A stretch of 32,000 bases of DNA from Geotalea daltonii FRC-32 (GTDB taxonomy: Bacteria; Desulfobacterota; Desulfuromonadia; Geobacterales; Geobacteraceae). The notes beneath the pieces were generated by a model. The model had not been told where the DNA came from and did not search any database. It saw only the letters and a list, made by a program, of their open reading frames with translations. Where the stretch lies: the NCBI RefSeq assembly GCF_000022265.1, contig NC_011979.1, forward strand, positions 390,001 to 422,000, given 5' to 3'. The first letter of the stretch is position 1, and every line of letters begins with the position of its first letter. The translations under genes and the position numbers were made by a program. This document shows positions 25,291 through 31,561 of the stretch, one piece after another.

Positions 25291-25637
25291 TCATGCCGGG
25301 ATGATTCGCTCTTCCAACTTTGTGCCACGAATCTTACCGTAGGGGACAAGCCAGACTTTTCCCTGTGGGTCCCATTTGGCGCCCGTCGATTTGAGCTGGT
25401 TCCGAAAGGCCTTTTCCGTATAGGCCACGATGACGGGAACTACGTCTCATCCTGGTATGGTGAGCGTCTGCATGGCTTTTCTTCGACGATGTTCTCGACC
25501 GTCTTCAACCGAACTCCTCGCTTTTCATCATACCGGTACCGTACACAAAGGAGCGCATCGCCGTACTGCTCCACAAGCTGCTTTGTCCCCTTTTGCCCCG
25601 GTTTCAGGTGGGTCTGCGTTTTCATATCCTTCAGCAT
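25291..25637 (-). pseudogene. small basic protein with a C-terminal DUF5710-like motif, interrupted by a -1 frame change near 25440
   Basis: Frame 1 reads MLKDMKTQTHLKPGQKGTKQLVEQYGDALLCVRYRYDEKRGVRLKTVENIVEEKPCRRSPYQDET and stops at 25440. The -1 frame then continues VVPVIVAYTEKAFRNQLKSTGAKWDPQGKVWLVPYGKIRGTKLEERIIPA, with its stop at 25291-25293. The two halves together look like one compact protein. Confidence 0.5.
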
Positions 25638-25931
25638 TGATTCCCCCGCCTCAGGCAGCTCAAATTTATGGGCTGCCGTCGCTATCCGGCATAATGGAAA
25701 CATAATTAAAGCATGACAACATCTACACCAATAACTGGTCGCTTTCAATTGAAATATCGCCATTTTAGCGCAGCAGGGGTGTAAATTTTTTTTACAACTT
25801 CAAAGAAACTATAAGGAAATAAAGGGGATATACGGTGTTATTTTCTGCTCATGAGGAGTGCACTGCAGCATTGACATCGTCCCGTTTGCCGCCAGACTTA
25901 AATTGAACCATAGCTGCAGAGGAGGTCTGCG

Positions 25932-26426
25932 ATGCGCCTATGTCTGTTGTTGGTGCTGATGATGATGAGTCTTTCCGGTTGTGCCGGGGTCTTCAGCGAC
26001 GAGACCCTGAACAGGGTGGAGTGGGATGTGCCGTTCAGCGTGCTGCGGGTGCAGCCCGAGCAATATGAAGGGCGCCAGTTTCTCCTTGGCGGTGCGATTG
26101 TCGCGGTGCGCAACGGCCGGCATGGGGGAGAGCTGGAAGTGGCGCAACTGTCCACCGATGATAATGGCCACATTAAGGACAATCCCACCTCTGGAGGGCG
26201 CTTTCTCGCCAGGAGCGGCGATTTCCTCGATCCGGCCATTTTTCGGCGGGGGATGCTGGTGAGCCTGGTGGGTCCGGTGACGGGGAAGGAGGTCAGGGAA
26301 CTGGCGGGGCGGGACTATGCCTATCCGGTGCTGGAGATCCGGGAAATCCACCTCTGGCGGCCGGAGGAACGAAGCCGCGAGCCGCGTTTTCATTTCGGCT
26401 TTGGCATCGGTACCTTCATCCATTAG
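25932..26426 (+). CDS. slp: Slp family outer-membrane lipoprotein
   Basis: MRLCLLLVLMMMSLSGC has a lipobox. The Slp/YeaY-like body is ...PEQYEGRQFLLGGAIVAVRN...GGRFLA...DPAIF..G..V...G. GGAGG RBS. Confidence 0.8.
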   Translation: MRLCLLLVLMMMSLSGCAGVFSDETLNRVEWDVPFSVLRVQPEQYEGRQFLLGGAIVAVRNGRHGGELEVAQLSTDDNGHIKDNPTSGGRFLARSGDFLDPAIFRRGMLVSLVGPVTGKEVRELAGRDYAYPVLEIREIHLWRPEERSREPRFHFGFGIGTFIH

Positions 26427-26486
26427 CAGGTTGTTGAAAAACTGTTGCGGGTCCGATCTGCTGCGTTATCACTCGCTCAAAACCTC

Positions 26487-26516
26487 AGCGTACAGTGGGT
26501 ACGCTTCGGCTTTTCG
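26487..26516 (+). terminator. terminator candidate after slp
   Basis: 7-bp stem AGCGTAC / GTACGCT (26487-26493 / 26499-26505) with a 5-nt loop, followed by TCGGCTTTTCG. Confidence 0.45.
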
Positions 26517-26554
26517 TTCGCTTAAGCCTTGCATATCGGCCTCCTCTCGACGTT

Positions 26555-27136
26555 TTACAACAACCTGTTAGGGGTCATGGCCTTTTTCAACTGGTGCAGC
26601 AGGTCGTAAGTGATTCCCCAGAGCTGCCGTTGCCGGGGTCCGGGGATAGAGACTGCCGGGAAGCTCCTCATGCGTCCCTTGAACAGGAACCTGATCCGGG
26701 CATGGCCCGCCGGGTCATCCATGTTCCGGAGGGGAAACCAGAAGGCCTCGGCCACCTCCTGGGGGGCCGGGTGCAGTACCGGCTCATCCCGAAGGGCGTA
26801 AACGAAGCAGGATACGACGATATTCAAACCGCTCGGGGCAATGTCGTTGAGGCGCCCCAGGTAGCGGGCGACGGACAGGTCCAGGCCGAGTTCTTCCCGG
26901 GTTTCCCGCTGGGCGGTGTTCATGGGGCCGTTGTCGGCGCTTTCCGTTCTCCCCCCCGGCAGGCCGATCTGGCCTGACCAGTAGTCCTTTTCGTTGACCG
27001 ATCGCTGGATGAGCAGGACGCTCAGGCCGTCCCGCCGCTCGCGCAGGATCATGGCCACTGCGGCATGGTCGCCGGGCTTCCCTGTCCGGGGGCGATGGCG
27101 GCCGAGCACGCGCTGAATCTGCTCGAACGAGTCCAT
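26555..27136 (-). CDS. Nudix hydrolase, CoA pyrophosphatase (NudL)-like
   Basis: Nudix box GGRTESADNGPMNTAQRETREELGL preceded by LLIQRSVNEKDYWSGQIGLPGG (NuCoA-type motif). The start was placed at ATG 27136 (MDSFEQ, GAGGA upstream). The track's TTG at 27229 or the ATG at 27217 cannot be excluded. Confidence 0.75.
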   Translation of the reverse strand: MDSFEQIQRVLGRHRPRTGKPGDHAAVAMILRERRDGLSVLLIQRSVNEKDYWSGQIGLPGGRTESADNGPMNTAQRETREELGLDLSVARYLGRLNDIAPSGLNIVVSCFVYALRDEPVLHPAPQEVAEAFWFPLRNMDDPAGHARIRFLFKGRMRSFPAVSIPGPRQRQLWGITYDLLHQLKKAMTPNRLL

Positions 27137-27260
27137 GCTGCCTGTCCTCAGCCCTTGCTGACGCTCTGGTCGTGGTGAAATGGCTTGTATCTTCATTGTA
27201 TAACTCTTTGCTTTCATGGCTATGTCCAAAAAAAGGTCATCCGTGAATTACGTGGAATAA

Positions 27261-27462
27261 AAGGCAGTCGCACCATCGTCCGTTCGCTCTGTCGCCACAG
27301 CTGCGGACCTTGCGGGGCCGCCCGCGTTAATGGTGCACGATTCTTGAATTGGTTGGTTGCCTCCGTTCCACATGCGGCGGGTGTCCGCTCGCCGCTGTAG
27401 CTCATCGTTCACTCCCGCCGTCCCGACTGCCTTTCCTTAAAGTGTCTGAAGAACACAAAAAA
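27261..27462 (-). repeat. structured intergenic repeat, copy A; candidate ncRNA or MITE-like palindromic element
   Basis: The core 27261-27433 is bounded by AAGGCAGTCG ... CGACTGCCTT and aligns along its whole length with 28599-28770. The shared 3' flank TGTCTGAAGAACA plus an A-run abuts the CDGSH terminator. The strand is assigned from a G-U pair in the internal helix (GCUACAGC / GCUGUGGC on the minus strand). Confidence 0.85.
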
Positions 27463-27492
27463 GGCCGGACCGGCAATGCGCCCGGTCCGGCC
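27455..27492 (-). terminator. rho-independent terminator of the yceI-CDGSH operon
   Basis: 11-bp stem GGCCGGACCGG / CCGGTCCGGCC (27463-27473 / 27482-27492). On the minus strand it is followed by TTTTTTGTGTT. Confidence 0.85.
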
Positions 27493-27517
27493 TTGTCATG
27501 CCGCATGTTTTACTGCC

Positions 27518-27736
27518 CTACTTGGCGCAGCTCCCGTCGCAGAAGGGGGCGTTAGCGGTCTTGCCGCAGTTGCAGAGATATACCTGCTGCTTCTCCTTGA
27601 CTTCAAAGGAGATGGGGGTGCAGTCGGTCACCTGGTGGGCGCCGTCACAGAAAGGTGTGGCGGCTTTTCCGCAGGTACAGCGGTAGTAGGTTCCCGGTTC
27701 CAGTTCCAGTACGATCGGTCCTTGTGCTTGGGTCAT
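27518..27736 (-). CDS. CDGSH iron-sulfur domain protein (two motifs; the second reads CDGSC)
   Basis: 72 aa. CTCGKAATPFCDGAH and CNCGKTANAPFCDGSC. Confidence 0.85.
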   Translation of the reverse strand: MTQAQGPIVLELEPGTYYRCTCGKAATPFCDGAHQVTDCTPISFEVKEKQQVYLCNCGKTANAPFCDGSCAK

Positions 27737-27757
27737 GGTAAGTTCTCTCCTTGGTGC

Positions 27758-28348
27758 TTATTTATTTTTGATCAGTTCGATTTCGAGAATTATGGCGATT
27801 TCTTCACCAACGGCTACCCCACCGGTTTCAAGGGCGGCATTCCAGACCAGGCCGAAATCCTTGCGGTTGATGGTAGTGGTTGCTGTGGTGCCGCGGCGGA
27901 AGTTACCCCAAGGGTCCTTGCTTTCTTTGGTCAGGGCATCCACATCGAGCACCACTGGACGGGTCACTCCGTGCAGAGTCAGATTGCCGGTAACTTTAAG
28001 CTTTTTCCCTGCTTTCGCCACGCTTTTGGAAACGAAAGTCATGGTCGGGTATTTGGCCACATCGAAGAAATCGGCGCTGCGCAGGTGTTCGTCACGCTTG
28101 GCGGCGTTGGTGTTGATGGATGCGGTGTCGATGGTGACGTCAACCTTGGACTTGGTGATGTCCTTGTCGTTGAGCTCAAGGACGCCAGCTACCTTCTCGA
28201 AGCTCCCCTTGACATTGGAGACCATCAGGTGGCGGACTTTAAATCCCACGTTGGAATGATCGGCGTCGATCTTCCAGCTGGAGGCCGAAGCGATGACCGG
28301 CAGGGACAGGGCGATGATTGCTGCGATGGATGTGACAATGCGTTTCAT
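27758..28348 (-). CDS. yceI: YceI family polyisoprenoid-binding periplasmic protein
   Basis: Signal peptide MKRIVTSIAAIIALSLPVIASA, then WKIDADHSNVGFKVRHLMVSNVKGSF...RDEHLRSADFFDVAKYPTMTF...LTLHGVT, typical of YceI. AAGGAG RBS. Confidence 0.9.
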   Translation of the reverse strand: MKRIVTSIAAIIALSLPVIASASSWKIDADHSNVGFKVRHLMVSNVKGSFEKVAGVLELNDKDITKSKVDVTIDTASINTNAAKRDEHLRSADFFDVAKYPTMTFVSKSVAKAGKKLKVTGNLTLHGVTRPVVLDVDALTKESKDPWGNFRRGTTATTTINRKDFGLVWNAALETGGVAVGEEIAIILEIELIKNK

Positions 28349-28516
28349 GGTTGTTTCTCCTTTTGTTGTGTTGATAATAAATTGTTTAATATTGAACTTA
28401 TTGCCTAAAAAATTTTTCTGCCTGGATCTTATGGGTACTGTCGGTGTGCTCCTCCTTTATATTTTTTCGGGGTGATACGCTCGCAATTGATTTAAAATCA
28501 TATCGTTTGAACTTAA

Positions 28517-28543
28517 ACTATATTTTTCTGAAACAACTGTCAA
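28517..28543 (-). promoter_or_regulatory. sigma70-like promoter candidate for yceI operon
   Basis: The minus strand reads TTGACA (28543-28538), 15 nt, TATAGT (28522-28517) in an AT-rich stretch. The spacer is short, so this is tentative. The inverted repeat CAACTG...CAGTTG overlaps the -35. Confidence 0.3.
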
Positions 28544-28598
28544 CTATTTTTTTCAGTTGGGCAAAAAAATTCTTCCAGACGTTTCCTGGGGACATAAC

Positions 28599-28798
28599 AA
28601 GGCAGTCGTGGCGTCGTCTGTTCGCTCTGTCGCTACTGCTGCGGACCTTGCTGTGTCGCCCGCGTAACGGTGCACGATCCTTCAAGTGACGGATCGCCTC
28701 CGTCCAACATGGGGCGGGCGTCCGCTCGCCGCTGTAGCTCGTCGCTCACTCCCGACGCCACGACTGCCTTCCTCGGAAATGTCTGAAGAACAAAAAAA
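28599..28798 (-). repeat. structured intergenic repeat, copy B; candidate ncRNA or MITE-like palindromic element
   Basis: The core 28599-28770 has a perfect 18-bp closing stem AAGGCAGTCGTGGCGTCG / CGACGCCACGACTGCCTT. It aligns with copy A throughout (by eye roughly four-fifths identical). It has the same flank TGTCTGAAGAACA plus an A-run next to a different terminator hairpin. Confidence 0.85.
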
Positions 28799-28830
28799 TC
28801 GCCAACGGCTATGGATAGGCCGTTGGCGAT
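28790..28830 (-). terminator. rho-independent terminator downstream of the ABC-transporter operon
   Basis: 12-bp stem ATCGCCAACGGC / GCCGTTGGCGAT (28798-28809 / 28819-28830). On the minus strand it is followed by TTTTTTTGTTCTTC. Confidence 0.8.
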
Positions 28831-29008
28831 TACAGCAGCACGGAAACGGGGGATATTTTGTCCTGGCAAGGAATACAGGGGATTGCGCGGAGACGTACGG
28901 ACCCTCTCTCTATCTCTCTCTCATAGGGAGATAGCATTCTTTGCTTCCCCCTTTATGGGGGAAGATAGAAGGGGGGATGGGTACGCCCCGCAAGCAAGGC
29001 CGCAGAGA

Positions 29009-29812
29009 CTAGATTGTGTATTCAGCGGCCATGGCCGCACGTTTATGCACCAGGTGGAATTCTTCGAAGAGTTCACGGCGAACGGTGGCGAAATCGTCCG
29101 AGGTACGGTCCCGGGGATGGGCGAGGGGAATGTTGAGCACCTTCTGTACCCGTCCCGGGCCGGAAGCCATCAGGACGACCCGCTGGCCGAGTGCTATGGC
29201 TTCATCCAGATCGTGGGTGACAAAGACGACGGTGGAGCGGGTCTCTTCCCAGATGCGCAGCAGTTCGTCCTGCAGATGCAAACGGGTGAAGGCATCCAGG
29301 GCGGCGAACGGCTCGTCCATGAAAAGGATGCTCGGCTCCACGGCCAGTGCACGGGCGATGGCCACCCGCTGCTTCATGCCTCCCGAAAGCTCATGGGGGT
29401 GCTTTTCGGCAGCATGGGCAAGCCCGACCAGTTCCAATGCGGCCAGCGCCCTTGGTCGGGCCTCGGCCGCGGAGATTCCGCGGGCCTGCAGGCCGAAGAG
29501 GACGTTGCCGAGGACCGAGCGCCAGGGATACAGGCCGTAGTCCTGGAAGATCATGATGTGGTCCGGGTCGGGGCCGCTGACCGGTTTGCCGTCTATGGTC
29601 ACCAGACCGCTCGAAGGGCGCTCGAAACCCGCCATGAGGTTGATGAGCGTTGTCTTGCCGCAGCCGCTGGGGCCGACCAGGCAGACGAATTCGCCGGCTC
29701 CTATCTGCAAATCCACCTGGGTAAGAGCGGTCTGCATCTCTCCACGGGCAGAACGGAAGCGTTTTTCCACCCCCTCCAGAACAATCTGAGCAGTGTTTGC
29801 AGCAGCATTCAT
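29009..29812 (-). CDS. ABC transporter ATP-binding protein, NitT/TauT (nitrate/sulfonate/bicarbonate) family
   Basis: Walker A GPSGCGKTT, signature LSGGMKQR, Walker B ILFMDEPFAALD and the H-loop VTHD. ATGA overlap with the permease stop. Confidence 0.9.
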   Translation of the reverse strand: MNAAANTAQIVLEGVEKRFRSARGEMQTALTQVDLQIGAGEFVCLVGPSGCGKTTLINLMAGFERPSSGLVTIDGKPVSGPDPDHIMIFQDYGLYPWRSVLGNVLFGLQARGISAAEARPRALAALELVGLAHAAEKHPHELSGGMKQRVAIARALAVEPSILFMDEPFAALDAFTRLHLQDELLRIWEETRSTVVFVTHDLDEAIALGQRVVLMASGPGRVQKVLNIPLAHPRDRTSDDFATVRRELFEEFHLVHKRAAMAAEYTI

Positions 29813-30576
29813 TGGCTTACCCCCCAGCGCCGGCCGATAATTCGCTCCAGCGATTTCATCCCCCTGTAGATGGCCAGACCGAGCAGGCCGACCAGCAGCA
29901 TCCCGGCCATGATCTGGTCGGTACGCAGGAAGTTGCGGGCATCGACGATCATGAAGCCGAGCCCCGACTGGGCTCCCAGCATTTCCCCTGCCACCAGATG
30001 GATCCAGCCGGTTCCCACCGCTATGTGCAATCCAACCATGATCCCCGGAAACGCTGCCGGGACGATGACCCGTAGAAAGGTCATGTCTGCCCGGGCGCCG
30101 AAGTTGCCGGCCACTTTGAGATAAACCGGTGGAACGGCCCGTACTGCACTGATAGTGGCAAGCAGCACCGGATAAAAAGATGCCAGGAAAATGATGAAAA
30201 CCGCCGGTGCATTGCCGATACCGAACCAGAGAACTGCAAGGGGAAACCAGGCAATGGGGGAAATGGGGCGGAGCACCTGGATAAGCGGGTCAATGGCTTT
30301 GTGGCAGCGGATGAAACGGCCAAGGAAAAGCCCCAGGGGAATCCCTGCCAGTACTGCCAGTAGATAGGCCGCCCCGAAGCGGGCCAGGCTGATGCCCATG
30401 TGGCTCCAGAGGGTGCCCATGTCTGCAAGCTCAACAATGGCGCGCACCACATCGCTCGGGGCGGGGAACTGTTCGGGTGGGTAGCGGCGGGCAGCCACCT
30501 GCCAGAGCAGGGTGAAGGCGATCAGGGAAGTCAATGGCAGTGCCAGTCGGGCCAATTTGCTGATGAAACCATTCAT
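29809..30576 (-). CDS. ABC transporter permease, NitT/TauT family
   Basis: 255 aa with about six hydrophobic spans. The binding-protein-dependent transport (EAA-type) loop region is ...ATISAVRAVPPVYLKVAGNFGA.... Confidence 0.85.
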   Translation of the reverse strand: MNGFISKLARLALPLTSLIAFTLLWQVAARRYPPEQFPAPSDVVRAIVELADMGTLWSHMGISLARFGAAYLLAVLAGIPLGLFLGRFIRCHKAIDPLIQVLRPISPIAWFPLAVLWFGIGNAPAVFIIFLASFYPVLLATISAVRAVPPVYLKVAGNFGARADMTFLRVIVPAAFPGIMVGLHIAVGTGWIHLVAGEMLGAQSGLGFMIVDARNFLRTDQIMAGMLLVGLLGLAIYRGMKSLERIIGRRWGVSQ

Positions 30577-30607
30577 AAGCGTTTTTCTATCCTTTCACAA
30601 CAGGCAA

Positions 30608-31561
30608 TCAGGCAAAGCGGCCGTCCAGGTAGCCGGCTAGGTCGGTCTTGCTTTTGGCAATACCGAACTTGATCATGTAGTCCTGGGTGGCGGCAAAATC
30701 AGCCCTTGCCGGCGCCAGGTTCAGAAAGCTCAGCCGGTCGCGGGGAGAGGTGAGGACCTTCTCGATCAGTTCGGGACGCTGGCCGAGGATACGGGTAGAT
30801 GCCTTGGCGGCCGCGGCGGGGTTCCCTTCGATGAAGGCGGCGGTGCGGGTGAAGCCGGTAACCAGTTCCTGTACCGCTTCGGGATGGGAGTTGATGACCG
30901 TCTCCCGCAGATTGAGAACGCAGCAGATGTGGTTGGGCCAGATGTCCTTGGAAAGGGTGAGGATCTTGCCCACGTTCCGGGCTTCGGCCTGGGCGCCGAA
31001 GGGCTCGGCGACGATATAGCCGTGGATTCGGCCGGTGGCCAAGGCATTGAGCATCTCCGGCGGGGCCATGTCGATGATCTTTACGTCCCGCGCCGGGTCC
31101 ATGTGCTTATCGGTCAACAGCTTCCTGAGCAGTATGTTATGGGTGGAAAAGGGGCTGGGAACGGCAATGGTCTTCCCTTTCAGGTCTTCGACCCGGTTGA
31201 TGCCGATGTTGTTTCTAACGGTAACGGCGCTGCCGTTGCGATGTCCCAGCAGCACTGCCTTCACAGGTACCCCCTTCTGCCGCAGGGTGAGGGCGATGGG
31301 GGTGAGGAGGAACGCGCCGTCGATAGCGCCATTTTTCAGTGCCTCGGCAATTTCGGGCCAGGAAGAGAACTTGACCGGTTTGATGCCAACGGTTCTGAAC
31401 TGTTCACGCTCGGCGGCGATCATCAGCAGGTGGTCCGACAGGGGAAGGTAGCCGATCTTGAGGTTGACCTTGCTGCCGGCAAATACGCTGCCGATCAGTC
31501 CGGGGGCGGCGGTTGCCGCCAAGGCAAGGCCGGATGCCTTGAGAAATTGACGTCTATTCAT
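30608..31561 (-). CDS. ABC transporter substrate-binding protein (NMT1/THI5-like, NitT/TauT family) with twin-arginine signal
   Basis: The start was trimmed to ATG 31561, giving MNRRQFLKASGLALAATAAPGLIGSVFAGS (RRxFLK Tat motif). GGAGGA lies 8 nt upstream. The ATG lies inside the last codons of the upstream gene (8-nt overlap). Confidence 0.85.
   Translation of the reverse strand: MNRRQFLKASGLALAATAAPGLIGSVFAGSKVNLKIGYLPLSDHLLMIAAEREQFRTVGIKPVKFSSWPEIAEALKNGAIDGAFLLTPIALTLRQKGVPVKAVLLGHRNGSAVTVRNNIGINRVEDLKGKTIAVPSPFSTHNILLRKLLTDKHMDPARDVKIIDMAPPEMLNALATGRIHGYIVAEPFGAQAEARNVGKILTLSKDIWPNHICCVLNLRETVINSHPEAVQELVTGFTRTAAFIEGNPAAAAKASTRILGQRPELIEKVLTSPRDRLSFLNLAPARADFAATQDYMIKFGIAKSKTDLAGYLDGRFA

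Noticed and set aside
25873-25905. TTGACA upstream of slp as a promoter -35.
   Set aside because: The best -10-like hexamer (TTAAAT) is 21 nt away, and nothing suitable lies at 16-18 nt.
27261-27433. The repeat as a retron msr-msd, an integron attC site or an IS200/IS605-type end.
   Set aside because: There is no reverse transcriptase, IntI or TnpA/TnpB gene in the window. The ends lack the attC R-box (GTTRRRY) pattern. I cannot exclude a trans-acting enzyme encoded elsewhere, so this stays a minor alternative.
27261-27433. Target-site duplications flanking the repeat copies, as expected for a classical MITE.
   Set aside because: The flanks are ggaataa/tccttaa for copy A, cataac/cctcgg for copy B and ctcagt/ggccgc for copy C. 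They show no convincing direct duplication. Conservation also continues past the right-hand inverted repeat, which does not fit a simple TIR-bounded MITE.
27349-27555. Small + strand ORFs inside the repeats (27349..27555 and 28686..28934), and minus-strand ORFs 27220..27405 and 28633..28869, giving similar peptides (for example GGCPLAAVAHRSLPPSRLP versus GGRPLAAVARRSLPTPRLP).
   Set aside because: The similarity is a by-product of the DNA repeat. The differences between copies are mostly non-synonymous. The frames are not preserved in copy C. The substitutions instead preserve base pairing.
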